Source of the DNA: an uncultured Prevotella sp.
Lineage (GTDB): Bacteria > Bacteroidota > Bacteroidia > Bacteroidales > Bacteroidaceae
NCBI GenBank assembly: GCA_964616945.1
Contig: CAZTUD010000001.1
Coordinates: 1 to 49,588, forward strand
Length of the DNA stretch: 49,588 nucleotides
Direction of reading: 5' to 3'
Numbering within the stretch: position 1 is the first letter of the stretch; each line of letters opens with the position of its first letter. Shown here one piece after another: positions 38,393-48,552 of the stretch. The notes beneath the pieces were generated by a model. The model was given only the letters and a program-made list of their open reading frames with translations. It did no database searches and was not told the origin of the DNA. A program made the translations under genes and the position numbers.

Positions 38393-39049
38393 TTACTCCT
38401 CGCTCACAATGGTAACGTCGTCGAAGTCGTGAAGGCTTTCAAGCAGTATGTCCTTGTGGTCGCGACGCTTCATCTTCACTTCCATCTGCACCTCGTAGAT
38501 GTTTCCGTGCGACGTGCGCTTGTCTTTCATCTCGTAGGTCACCACGTCGTCCACGATGCCGCGTATCTCCTTTATGGCTCGCTTTGCGGCGTCGCGCGTC
38601 GGTGACGTGAACGACACCTGCACGTTGGTCATGCCTCCAAGGTGAGGCACGTAATGGCCCAACACCTCCAGGCCAAGGAGCATGAGGGCTGTGGTGAGCG
38701 CGGCCATGAAGAACTGTCCCGTGCCACAGGCCATGCCCACGGCTGCCGTAACCCACAAGCCGGCTGCGGTGGTAAGACCGCGCACAACGTTCTTTTGGAA
38801 CACTATCAGCCCGGCGCCGAGGAAACCTATGCCCGACACCACCTGCGCCGCCACGCGCGACGTGTCTTTCACGCCGTCAGTGAAGCCGTACATTGAGACG
38901 AGTGTGAACAGGGCCGAGCCCACGGCCACGAGGAAGTGGGTGCGGAAGCCAGCGTCCTTGGCGCGGTAGCCGCGCTCAAGACCTATTGCGCCGCCAAGAA
39001 TCATGGCGACAACCAAGCGGATGGTGATGTCGAGAAAGTTGTTGCCCAT
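38393..39049 (-). CDS. MgtC/SapB family membrane protein
   Basis: IGLER...AGFRTH, RVAAQVVSGIGFLGAG and GLTTAA motifs. Confidence 0.92.
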   Translation of the reverse strand: MGNNFLDITIRLVVAMILGGAIGLERGYRAKDAGFRTHFLVAVGSALFTLVSMYGFTDGVKDTSRVAAQVVSGIGFLGAGLIVFQKNVVRGLTTAAGLWVTAAVGMACGTGQFFMAALTTALMLLGLEVLGHYVPHLGGMTNVQVSFTSPTRDAAKRAIKEIRGIVDDVVTYEMKDKRTSHGNIYEVQMEVKMKRRDHKDILLESLHDFDDVTIVSEE

Positions 39050-39193
39050 TATGTTTTTGTAATAGTTGTTGCAAAATTAACAGTAAAATCCGCAATAAAC
39101 AACAAAAAGCAAGGATTATTTTTCGTCGCACGCAAGTTTTGTCGCAATTATTGAGTAATTTTGCAAGCTGAAGAATATAAACGTTTATAATAT

Positions 39194-40297
39194 ATGGCTT
39201 TGAAATGTGGTATCGTGGGATTGCCAAATGTGGGCAAGTCCACGCTTTTCAACTGCCTGTCGAGCGCGAAAGCGCAGGCGGCAAATTTTCCATTTTGCAC
39301 CATCGAGCCGAACCTCGGCGTGATAACGGTGCCCGACGAGCGGCTCACCAAGCTTGCCGAGTTGGTGCATCCAGGGCGCATAGTGCCGGCGACATGCGAG
39401 ATAGTTGACATTGCCGGCCTTGTGAAAGGAGCCTCGAAAGGGGAGGGGCTTGGCAACAAGTTTCTTGGCAACATTCGTGAATGCGACGCCATAATACACG
39501 TCATACGCTGCTTCGACGACGACAACGTAGTGCGCGAGGGCGGAGCACCCGTAGATCCGGCCGCCGACAAGGACATTATTGACACAGAACTTCAGCTGAA
39601 GGACCTTGAGACCATCGAAGGCCAGCTTGCCAAGCAGGAGAAGATTGCCGCCACGGGCAACAAGGACGCAAAGGTGTTGGTCGGCGTGCTTCATGCCTAC
39701 AAGGACGTGCTCGACCGTGGCGAGAATGCCCGCAGCGTGACGTTCGACAGCAAGGAGGAGCAAAAGGCGGCTCACGACCTTTTCCTCCTGACAACGAAGC
39801 CCGTGCTTTATGTCTGCAATGTTGACGAGGCAAGCGCGAAGACGGGCAACCGTTACAGCAAGATAGTTGAGGAGATTGCCGCACGCGAGGGCGCGGAGGC
39901 TATGGTCATTGCCGCCAAGACCGAGGAGGACATTGCATCGCTTGACACATACGAGGACAAGAAGCTTTTCCTCGACGAACTCGGGCTTGAGGAGAGCGGC
40001 GTGAACCGCCTCATAAAGAAGGCCTACCACCTGCTCAACCTACAGACGTTCATTACAGCCGGGCCGATGGAGGTCAAGGCTTGGACGTTCCACAAGGGCT
40101 GGAAGGCCCCGCAATGCGCAGGTGTCATCCACACCGACTTCGAGAAGGGCTTCATCCGCGCAGAGGTCATAAAATATGACGACTACGTGAAATACGGCTC
40201 CGAGGCCGCAGTGCGCGAGGCCGGCAAGCTCTACGTGGAGGGCAAGGACTATGAGCCGCAGGACGGCGACATAATGCACTTCAGGTTCAATGTTTGA
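39194..40297 (+). CDS. ychF: Redox-regulated ATPase YchF
   Basis: GIVGLPNVGKST, ANFPFCTIEPN, DIAGLVKGAS.GEGLGN and HFRFNV motifs. Confidence 0.98.
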   Translation: MALKCGIVGLPNVGKSTLFNCLSSAKAQAANFPFCTIEPNLGVITVPDERLTKLAELVHPGRIVPATCEIVDIAGLVKGASKGEGLGNKFLGNIRECDAIIHVIRCFDDDNVVREGGAPVDPAADKDIIDTELQLKDLETIEGQLAKQEKIAATGNKDAKVLVGVLHAYKDVLDRGENARSVTFDSKEEQKAAHDLFLLTTKPVLYVCNVDEASAKTGNRYSKIVEEIAAREGAEAMVIAAKTEEDIASLDTYEDKKLFLDELGLEESGVNRLIKKAYHLLNLQTFITAGPMEVKAWTFHKGWKAPQCAGVIHTDFEKGFIRAEVIKYDDYVKYGSEAAVREAGKLYVEGKDYEPQDGDIMHFRFNV

Positions 40298-40549
40298 TTG
40301 GTTTGAGCTTTGAGCATTGAGGTTTATGATTACCATAAATTAATAGCAAGTCATTTCATAATGCTCAATGCTCAAATCTCAAATCTACAGAAATATAATG
40401 GTTTAATTAAAAAAAGTCCTCTCAAAAAATACATTCGCCAGTCTGTGTATCAGACGCGCCGCCCGGCATTCATGCTAATTGGCAGGCTTTTCATGTAACC
40501 AGCATCCCTCCCCTTTGGGGAGGGCTTGGGAGAGGCTCTTAGGTGATTT

Positions 40550-41389
40550 ATGCTTTACATTCTTTGGAATCCCAACGAGATAATGTTCCACATCGGGAGC
40601 TTCGGTGTGCGCTGGTATTCAATGTGCTGGCTCGTCGGCCTCCTGCTCGGCTACCTGCTCATGAGGAAGCTATACAAGGACGAGAAGATTCCCGACGAGA
40701 AGTTTGACCCGCTCTTCATCTATATTTTCGTGAGCGTGCTGATTGGCGCGAGGCTCGGCCACTGCCTTTTCTACCAGCCCGACTATTTTCTATCGTCGTG
40801 GGACCACGTGGTTGAGATGTTTTTGCCAATCCATCACATGGCCGATGGCTCGTGGAAGTTCATAGGCTATGAGGGGCTTGCCTCCCACGGCGGCGTGATA
40901 GGCATGATAATCGCTATCTTCATATACTCCTACCGCAACAAGATAAACGCCTGGATTGTATTCGACAACATGGGTATATGCTCGTGCGTCACCGCCACGT
41001 TCATACGTCTCGGCAACCTTATGAACTCGGAGATTATAGGCAAGGTCACCGATGTGCCGTGGGCTTTCATCTTCGAGAAGATTGACCAATATCCGCGCCA
41101 TCCAGGGCAGCTGTACGAGGCGTTGTGCTACGCCCTGTTCTTCTTCGTCATCTACGGCATCTACCGTCACCACAAGGAGAAGGTGGGCTCGGGCTTCTAC
41201 GTCGGCCTCTGCCTTACGCTCGTGTTCACCGCCCGCTTCTTCATAGAGTTTGTGAAGGACATCCAGGTCGATTTCGAGGCAGGCATGGCTCTCGACATGG
41301 GCCAGTTGCTCTCCATTCCGCTCGTCATCATAGGCATCGCCTGCATGACCAACGGTAAATGGAAGCGCAAGATTGGCGCGAAGAATTAA
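40550..41389 (+). CDS. lgt: Prolipoprotein diacylglyceryl transferase
   Basis: VRWYS, GARLGHCLFY, GLASHGG, RLGNLMNSEI.G, RHP.QLYE and MGQLLS motifs. Confidence 0.97.
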   Translation: MLYILWNPNEIMFHIGSFGVRWYSMCWLVGLLLGYLLMRKLYKDEKIPDEKFDPLFIYIFVSVLIGARLGHCLFYQPDYFLSSWDHVVEMFLPIHHMADGSWKFIGYEGLASHGGVIGMIIAIFIYSYRNKINAWIVFDNMGICSCVTATFIRLGNLMNSEIIGKVTDVPWAFIFEKIDQYPRHPGQLYEALCYALFFFVIYGIYRHHKEKVGSGFYVGLCLTLVFTARFFIEFVKDIQVDFEAGMALDMGQLLSIPLVIIGIACMTNGKWKRKIGAKN

Positions 41390-41452
41390 AGGTTGCAGGG
41401 CGGCCCTTGTGGCCGTCCGCAGATGTTAGGAATTAGGAGGGAAAGTTGGGAG

Positions 41453-41947
41453 TTGGACGCTAACGCTTTTGAGGCTTTTTTCAAGGCAAACTACGACAAG
41501 GCTTTTTACCTTGCCTACCGCATCACCCACGACGACAAAACAAGCCAGGACATCGTGGGCGATGCGTTTGAGCTTGTGTGGCGCAACGTGCAGGCGCGAG
41601 GCGTGGCCAATCCTTATGCTTACCTTTTTACCACCGTGCGCCATCTTTGCACCGACTTCCTGCGCAAGAAGGCGGTGCGCGACCGCTACGCTCAAATGCA
41701 GTTGCTCACGGCTGACGCGGCAGTGGCCATAGACGACAATCTCCACGAGGAGCGCGTGAGGTGCGTCATGACGGCCATCGACCAACTCGCCCCACGCACG
41801 CGCGGCATAATAACGGCCTGCTTCATTGAGCGGAAGCAATACAAGGAGGTGGCCGAGGCGTTGGGCATAAGCACGAGCGCGGTGAAGAAGCACGTCATGA
41901 AAGGCTTGCGGCAGCTCAGGGAGCAGCTCAAGGACAACGACTCTTAA
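41453..41947 (+). CDS. ECF-type RNA polymerase sigma factor (start uncertain: TTG 41453 or ATG 41423)
   Basis: FEAFF...DIV.DAF..VW, YLFTTVRH and YKEVAEALGIS.SAVKKH motifs. Confidence 0.88.
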   Translation: MDANAFEAFFKANYDKAFYLAYRITHDDKTSQDIVGDAFELVWRNVQARGVANPYAYLFTTVRHLCTDFLRKKAVRDRYAQMQLLTADAAVAIDDNLHEERVRCVMTAIDQLAPRTRGIITACFIERKQYKEVAEALGISTSAVKKHVMKGLRQLREQLKDNDS

Positions 41948-41980
41948 TAAACACAAATAAAGATTACCCACGGTGTCTTT

Positions 41981-43075
41981 ATGCTAAACAAAAACGTCAA
42001 CGTAAATGTAATGAATGCGACAACCAGCGACAGAGACCAGGCTTTTGAAAGTCTCATCGACATAATCGACGGCACGCGCAATGCCACGGCCGACGACATG
42101 CGCACCCTACTTGACAGCGAGGAGGGCGGCAGGGCATGGGTCGACTTGCAGGACATTGGCGAGGCCATTGGCCGCAGGTGTGGCATCAAGCCCGACAGAG
42201 ACAAGACTTGGAAAGCCTTTGCCGAAAGGGTGGGGAAGAGGCAGCGCAAGACACGCATTGTGCGCATTGCCGCGATTGCGGCAACCGCAGCCGCTGCAAT
42301 CGTGCTGCTGCTCACGATGGTTTTACCTGGTGCGGAAACCATTCGTCCCGTTGCAAGGCAAAAAGTTGCCCTCATCAAGCCGAAAACCAAGCCTGTGGAG
42401 AAACATGCAGCTGTGGTGGCAAAACCTGCCCAGGAAGCCGCAAACCCCGCCATTTTGACCATTGTCACCCATGCCCGCGAAATGCGCCACGTGGTGCTTG
42501 CCGACGACACCGAGGTTTGGCTCAATTCCTTGAGCTCGCTGACATATCCCGAAAAGTTTGCCGACGGCGAGCGCAGCGTAAGGCTCAAGGGCGAGGCTTA
42601 TTTCAAAGTAGCCCGCGATGTCGCCCGTCCGTTCGTCATCACTACTGCGCATTTGCGCACAAAGGTGCTTGGCACGGAGTTCAACGTGCGCAGCTACAGC
42701 AGGGACGATGCCCACGTGACCCTTGTAGAGGGAGCCGTGGAGGTGAGCGCGGGCGGCAGCGTGGTGAGGATAAGCCCCAGCGAAGATGCCACCATTGAGG
42801 ACGACGGCCTGCGCGTGAGCCACGTCAATACCAAGGACTTCACCAGCTGGCGGCACGGCATAATGTATTTCGACAATGCGTCATTGCGCACAATCCTGCA
42901 AGAAATGGGCTCGTGGTATGGCATGAACGTTATTTGCAACGACAACGGGCTGCTCGACCGCCGCTTCCACTTCATGTACAACCGCAACGCGCCCGTGGAG
43001 GAGGCCTTGCGCCTGCTAAACGACGCTTCCGACGTGAACGTGGCGTTTGAGCATGGCGGCATCGTGATAAAGTGA
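41981..43075 (+). CDS. fecR: FecR-family anti-sigma factor
   Basis: LADDTEVWLNS.SSLTYP, RSVRLKGEAYFKV and VLGTEFNVRSY motifs. Confidence 0.92.
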   Translation: MLNKNVNVNVMNATTSDRDQAFESLIDIIDGTRNATADDMRTLLDSEEGGRAWVDLQDIGEAIGRRCGIKPDRDKTWKAFAERVGKRQRKTRIVRIAAIAATAAAAIVLLLTMVLPGAETIRPVARQKVALIKPKTKPVEKHAAVVAKPAQEAANPAILTIVTHAREMRHVVLADDTEVWLNSLSSLTYPEKFADGERSVRLKGEAYFKVARDVARPFVITTAHLRTKVLGTEFNVRSYSRDDAHVTLVEGAVEVSAGGSVVRISPSEDATIEDDGLRVSHVNTKDFTSWRHGIMYFDNASLRTILQEMGSWYGMNVICNDNGLLDRRFHFMYNRNAPVEEALRLLNDASDVNVAFEHGGIVIK

Positions 43076-43108
43076 CCCATTTTTGTCTTTTTTTAAGGCA
43101 TCGCTTTC

Positions 43109-43192
43109 CCATTACGCCGTAATCGTCTTGCCATTACGCCGTAATCGCGTTGCCATTACGCCGTAATCGCGTTGCCTTTACGCCGTAATCTT
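43109..43192. repeat. Four 22-bp tandem repeats with palindromic core ATTACG-C-CGTAAT
   Basis: Cores at 43111, 43133, 43155 and 43177. Confidence 0.9.
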
Positions 43193-43366
43193 GAAACCTA
43201 AACTACCAAGGATGCTTGCACCTTTTTTAAAACTATTTTTCATTTTGTTCAAACAAAAGGTACCCGAATGCCAGATTGATACGTCTTCGTGGTATAAAAA
43301 ATATGGGAAATTAATAATGGGGGCGAACGGCGTTCGCCCAAATCTGTAACCAAACATGCAAACAAA

Positions 43367-46300
43367 ATGAGAAAAAAGCTTATCGCCTTTCCTTTCCTCG
43401 TTTTTGCCCTTTCGCTGCCGCAAACAGCCTTCGCGCAGCAGGCGGGCGGCAACGAACGGCTTGAGCAGACCGTCAGCGACAGGCCGCTGACCGAAGTCCT
43501 GAAACTTATTGAGGAGAAGTTCAACACCAAAATCATTTTCTCCTACGACGACCTCGCCGCCTACCGCGTGAGCACGCGCATAAAGGCTTCTACCGCAGGC
43601 GAAGCCCTTTCGCAGGCTCTCAGCGGCCTGCCCGTAGGCTTCACTTCCAACAACGGCTTTTATTCGGTGAAGGCAAACAAGGCCGCCACCAAGCCTGCCA
43701 CCGCCGACAGGGACGGAAAGGTAAGCGTCAGTGGCACTGTGGTTGATGCCATTGGCGAGCCGATTATCGGGGCCGTGATAAAAATTGGTTCCAGCACGCA
43801 GGCCATGACGGGCAGCGACGGGCGGTTTGGCCTTTCGCTCGCAAAGGGCAAGCCCGAAAACCTTATTGTGTCATACATAGGGCTGAGGGACGTGAAATAT
43901 TTCGTGAGCTGCAAGACCGACGTGGCGGGCATCGTGATACGCATGGAGGCCGACGACCACAGTCTCGGCGAGGTGGTGGTGACCGGCTACCAGAACATTG
44001 ACCGCCGCCACTTGACGAGTGCCGTAAGCTCAGTGAGCATGGACGACATCCGCATTCCGGGCGTCACCAACTTGGAGCAGATGCTGCAGGGCCGCATTCC
44101 CGACCTGGTGGTGACTAACAACAGCGGCGAACTCAACGCCACGCCGAAAATACGCATTCGCGGCACTTCGACAATAATCGGCAACCGTGAGCCGCTGTGG
44201 GTGGTAGATGGCATAATAGTGAACGACCCCGTGGACTTGTCGCCCGACGTGCTGAACGACCCCGACTATGTGAACCGCATTGGCAACGCCATAACGGGGC
44301 TCAATCCGCAGGACATCGAGAGGCTCGACGTGCTGAAGGATGCCGCCGCCACGGCCCTCTACGGCACGCGGGCGGCCAACGGCGTGATTGTGATAACGAC
44401 CAAGAAAGGGCGCATGGGAAAGCCGCAGGTGTCTTATTCGGCCACAGCCACTGTTCATAAGCGGCCTTATTACACCGACCGCAAGATAAACCTTATGAAC
44501 TCGAAGGAACGAGTTGAATTTTCGCAGTTGCTCACTCGTATGCATTACATTTATCCCCACGACATGCCTCTTGTGGGCTACGAATATGCGTTGCAGTGCC
44601 TCTACAACGGCACTTATACTGCCGACGAGTTTCAGCAGGCGGTGCAAAGCATGGAGACGCAGAATACCGACTGGTTTGACCTGCTGACGCGCAACTCGTT
44701 TTCGCACGACCACAATGTGAACATTTCGGGCGGAAGCGACAAAGTGCGCTATTATGCCTCACTTGGGTACACCAACGAGAACGACGTGATAAAGGGCAAC
44801 AACAACAGCCGATATACCGCCAACAGCAAGCTCGACATAACGCTTGCCGACAATTTGCAATTGAGCTTCAACATCGGCGGGTACACGAGCAAAAAGAAAT
44901 ATCCGCAGATAAACACGATAAACTACGCCTACAACACCAGCCGCACGATACCGGCCTACAACGCCGACGGCACGTATTCGTTCTACAAAAGGCCAAGCTC
45001 CGACCGCAACCGCTTCTTCAACTACAACGTGCTGAACGAGCTTGACAACAGCTTCCGCAAGCAAAGCACCACAGGGGCCACGGTGACGGCAAACTTGCGC
45101 TATGCGCCGTTCACCTGGCTGTCGTTCAACGGCATAGCGTCGGCCTCTACGTCGCACACCGACCAAGACGGCTATTGGGGCGAAAACACTTATTACGCTG
45201 CAAACCTGAGATACAGCGAACTCGGCGAAGAACCGACGGCTGAAAGCCTGATGCCATACGGCGGAGAGCTGACAACCGAAAGGGACAAGAACAAAAGTTA
45301 TACGGTGAGGCTGCAGGTCAATTTCAACAAGACGTTTGGCGGCGAGGGCGTGCACGGCATTTCGGCCGTGGTTGGAGGCGAGGCCAACTCAAACCGCTAC
45401 GAGGCTTACGTCAGGACTGACCGCGGATATTATCTTGACCGGGGAAAGAAATTCATGGCCGACATACCGGCCACGTTCACGGCCTACGACGCATGGCTGC
45501 GAGGCAACGTGCCCGTGATAACCGACAACCGCACGAACCTGCTGTCGGCTTACGCCACGGTGTCGTACAACTACGGCGACTATTTCACCATAAACGCCAA
45601 CGGGCGCTACGACGGCTCAAACAAGTTCGGGCGGCGGAGCAACGACAAACTTCTGCCCGTGTGGTCGGTATCGGGAATGACCGACTTGGCTGCCGTGCTG
45701 AACTTGAAGAACCACGCGCCGTGGATAAATTCGCTCGTGCTGAAGGCTTCATACGGCGAGCAGGGAAACATGCTTGACGGGCAAACCTCGGAGCTGGTGC
45801 TGCGCAAAGGCTCGGTGAGCGCTTATTACAACGAGCTTACGTCAACGGCCTCGGCATTCGCAAACCCCGACCTCAGATGGGAAAAGACCCACTCGTCAAA
45901 CTTTGCGCTTGAAGGCTTATTCTTAGACAATAGGCTTATGGTGGGCTTCGAATATTATTACAAGAAGACCACAAAGGCCTTTATGAGCAAGGAGATTTCC
46001 GACGTGAACGGATATTCGTCGTATGTGGTGAACTCCGGCGACATAACAAACAAGGGTTACAACATAAACGTGACGGCCATTCCCGTGAAAAGCAAGGACT
46101 GGTATTGGAGCGTGTCGGCCTCGTTGTCGAAGATAATGAACGAGATGAAGACGGCTCCTGGCTCGCAGACTTACAGCCTTTCCGACTTCCTGAACGGCAC
46201 GGCTGTGGTCAAGGGGCAGCCCGTGGGCACTTTCTGGTCGTACAAGTTCATAGGGCTTGACTCGGATGACGGCGGCCCGCATTTCGACGACGGCGAAGAC

Positions 46301-46942
46301 ATTCAGGATGAGCTGAAGTCGATGGGGCGGTATGAGACTTTCACAATGGTGCTTACGCCGTCGGGAAGGCGCGACCCGGATGTTACTGGCAGCATAAATT
46401 CAACGCTGTCGTGGAAAAACTGGAGGCTCAACGTGAGCTTGTACTACAGCCTTGGGGCTAAGACACGGCAGTTCCGCCTGTTCGACGACTTCGTTGCAGG
46501 CTACAGTTCTGAGATGAACGTGAACCGCGACTTGCTGAACGCCTGGCAGAAACCGGGCGACGAGCGTGTGACCAACATTCCTGCCGTAATGGGCCAGTTG
46601 TCGCCGGGGTATGACAAATATTGGCGGCATTGGAGCAGCCTTTACAACTATGAGGGCGTGAAGATTGCCGACAACGCATGGACGATGTTCGATTATTCAG
46701 ACGCAAGGGTCGTGAGTGCCAACTACATGAAAATCCAGAACATATCGCTGACTTACGAGCTTCGCGCCGCATGGCTCACGGCCTGCCACCTGCAAAGGCT
46801 TGCCTTGACGCTTGGGGCGACCAACCTCCACACTTTCTGTAGCGGAAAGCTGAAAGGGCAAACGCCAACGCAAGGAGGCTTCACGGAGGTCCAATTGTCA
46901 GAGACGCCAACATGGACTTTCGGGTTGAACGTAATATTCTAA
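43367..46942 (+). CDS. susC: SusC/RagA TonB-dependent transporter with N-terminal signalling extension
   Basis: IRIRGTST..GNREPLWVVDG, LKDAAATALYG.RAANGVIVITTKKG, NPDLRWEKT; terminal F. Confidence 0.95.
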   Translation: MRKKLIAFPFLVFALSLPQTAFAQQAGGNERLEQTVSDRPLTEVLKLIEEKFNTKIIFSYDDLAAYRVSTRIKASTAGEALSQALSGLPVGFTSNNGFYSVKANKAATKPATADRDGKVSVSGTVVDAIGEPIIGAVIKIGSSTQAMTGSDGRFGLSLAKGKPENLIVSYIGLRDVKYFVSCKTDVAGIVIRMEADDHSLGEVVVTGYQNIDRRHLTSAVSSVSMDDIRIPGVTNLEQMLQGRIPDLVVTNNSGELNATPKIRIRGTSTIIGNREPLWVVDGIIVNDPVDLSPDVLNDPDYVNRIGNAITGLNPQDIERLDVLKDAAATALYGTRAANGVIVITTKKGRMGKPQVSYSATATVHKRPYYTDRKINLMNSKERVEFSQLLTRMHYIYPHDMPLVGYEYALQCLYNGTYTADEFQQAVQSMETQNTDWFDLLTRNSFSHDHNVNISGGSDKVRYYASLGYTNENDVIKGNNNSRYTANSKLDITLADNLQLSFNIGGYTSKKKYPQINTINYAYNTSRTIPAYNADGTYSFYKRPSSDRNRFFNYNVLNELDNSFRKQSTTGATVTANLRYAPFTWLSFNGIASASTSHTDQDGYWGENTYYAANLRYSELGEEPTAESLMPYGGELTTERDKNKSYTVRLQVNFNKTFGGEGVHGISAVVGGEANSNRYEAYVRTDRGYYLDRGKKFMADIPATFTAYDAWLRGNVPVITDNRTNLLSAYATVSYNYGDYFTINANGRYDGSNKFGRRSNDKLLPVWSVSGMTDLAAVLNLKNHAPWINSLVLKASYGEQGNMLDGQTSELVLRKGSVSAYYNELTSTASAFANPDLRWEKTHSSNFALEGLFLDNRLMVGFEYYYKKTTKAFMSKEISDVNGYSSYVVNSGDITNKGYNINVTAIPVKSKDWYWSVSASLSKIMNEMKTAPGSQTYSLSDFLNGTAVVKGQPVGTFWSYKFIGLDSDDGGPHFDDGEDIQDELKSMGRYETFTMVLTPSGRRDPDVTGSINSTLSWKNWRLNVSLYYSLGAKTRQFRLFDDFVAGYSSEMNVNRDLLNAWQKPGDERVTNIPAVMGQLSPGYDKYWRHWSSLYNYEGVKIADNAWTMFDYSDARVVSANYMKIQNISLTYELRAAWLTACHLQRLALTLGATNLHTFCSGKLKGQTPTQGGFTEVQLSETPTWTFGLNVIF

Positions 46943-46964
46943 TACTTCATAAAAGACATAAGAC

Positions 46965-48542
46965 ATGAAAAACAAAATAAAGACATGCGTTGCGTTGCTG
47001 GCCGCGCCATTGCTCGTGGAGTCGTGTTCGGACTATTTGGAGGAACGTTCGCAGGACACTTATTATGTCTCCTCCTACAAGGACCTCGACGAGCTGCTGC
47101 TTGGCGACTGCTACGCCCCCGTGACCGCCTCGACTGACTTGACCAACTCAACCGACATGGGCTACTTCATCCATTATCTTGCCGACGAGATTGAGGAGCA
47201 GCATGGCGAACTTTACACTTACGGCAACGGCATTCGCGAAAAAGTGTTTGGCTATTACACTTGGCAGCAGCGCACGGGCGAAACCTACAACCAGCAGGGC
47301 TACCTCACGGAAAACGAGACGTGGGAGGCTGTTTACAGGTGCATAAACGTGGCCAACAACATAATTGAGAGTGTTGGCAGGGTGCCGCAGGGCACCGACG
47401 ACGAGAAAGCCGGCACTACGAGGGTGAACGGCGAGGCCCACTTCCTGCGTGCGGCCTATTATTTCTATTTGGCGAACCTATATGGCAAACCATATTCGTC
47501 AGCCACTGCCGCCACTGACCTCGCCGTGCCGATAAAGACGGAAGCCAAGGTCAAGGACGTTTTGTACCAACGCAATACGGTGCAGGAGGTTTATGACCAA
47601 GTGCTTGCTGACCTGGCCGTTGCCGAACAGACGCTTTCGCAGGCGGGCAAGCCGGCCTCGATATACCATGCTGACATAAACGCCGTAAACCTGCTGAAAA
47701 GCCGCGTTTACTTGTACATGCAGAATTGGGAGCAGGCCGCCGAATACGCGCAGAAGGTGATTGACGCAAAGCCTGAGTTGACCGACTACAATACCTTGCA
47801 GACGGCACCACTGTCCAAGGCTTCAGTCGAGACGGTATTCTCAATGGGCGGCAATTCTGTTCCCTGCTCAATGTGCAATATTTACCAGTGCTTCAGAGTG
47901 TCGCGTGACTTGTACAACGCATACGACGATGACGACTTGAGAAAGACGAAATGTTGGTGGACCTACGGCAATTTTGTTGGTTACACAAAAATTGCAGGGT
48001 CAACCACCGACCAAACTTCCACTATGGAGTCATCGTATTATCAAAACCATTATTATTACGGCCTGCAAGGAAACTTGGCTGAGGTTTCAGACAGGTTTCT
48101 CTTCCGCACGGCTGACGCTTATCTTATGAAAGCCGAGGCTGAAGCTTATCTTGGTAATGAGAGCGAAGCTCGGCAGTTGCTGAATACCTTGCGCCAGCAC
48201 AGATATAAAACTGGTAGCAACTATCAAGTGGCTGCCACCGGGCGTGATTTGGTGGAGGCCATAAGGAATGAGCGCAGGCTTGAGTTTGCACTTGAAGGCT
48301 CAAGATGGTTTGATTTAAGACGTTATAGCGTTTGTGACCATTACCCAGAGTCGAAGCAGATAGCACACACTTACACAACCTACAGCCGCAGGTTCCGCCC
48401 TGACGAGACACGCCAATATGTTTTGCAGGCCAACGACCCCGCATACACTCTGCCAATACCCAACGAAGTGATTGAGTTTAATACTGGAATGACCAACAAT
48501 GAGCGGCCCGAACGCACTTATACCGTAATTCCAACCGAATAA
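46965..48542 (+). CDS. susD: RagB/SusD family lipoprotein
   Basis: Lipobox VESC; GEAHFLRA.YYF.L.NLYG, SRVYLYM and ERRLEFALEG.RWFDLRR motifs. Confidence 0.93.
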   Translation: MKNKIKTCVALLAAPLLVESCSDYLEERSQDTYYVSSYKDLDELLLGDCYAPVTASTDLTNSTDMGYFIHYLADEIEEQHGELYTYGNGIREKVFGYYTWQQRTGETYNQQGYLTENETWEAVYRCINVANNIIESVGRVPQGTDDEKAGTTRVNGEAHFLRAAYYFYLANLYGKPYSSATAATDLAVPIKTEAKVKDVLYQRNTVQEVYDQVLADLAVAEQTLSQAGKPASIYHADINAVNLLKSRVYLYMQNWEQAAEYAQKVIDAKPELTDYNTLQTAPLSKASVETVFSMGGNSVPCSMCNIYQCFRVSRDLYNAYDDDDLRKTKCWWTYGNFVGYTKIAGSTTDQTSTMESSYYQNHYYYGLQGNLAEVSDRFLFRTADAYLMKAEAEAYLGNESEARQLLNTLRQHRYKTGSNYQVAATGRDLVEAIRNERRLEFALEGSRWFDLRRYSVCDHYPESKQIAHTYTTYSRRFRPDETRQYVLQANDPAYTLPIPNEVIEFNTGMTNNERPERTYTVIPTE

Positions 48543-48552
48543 AAAACAGACA

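Noticed and set aside
43109-43192. Mini-CRISPR
   Set aside because: Contiguous 22-bp units without spacers.
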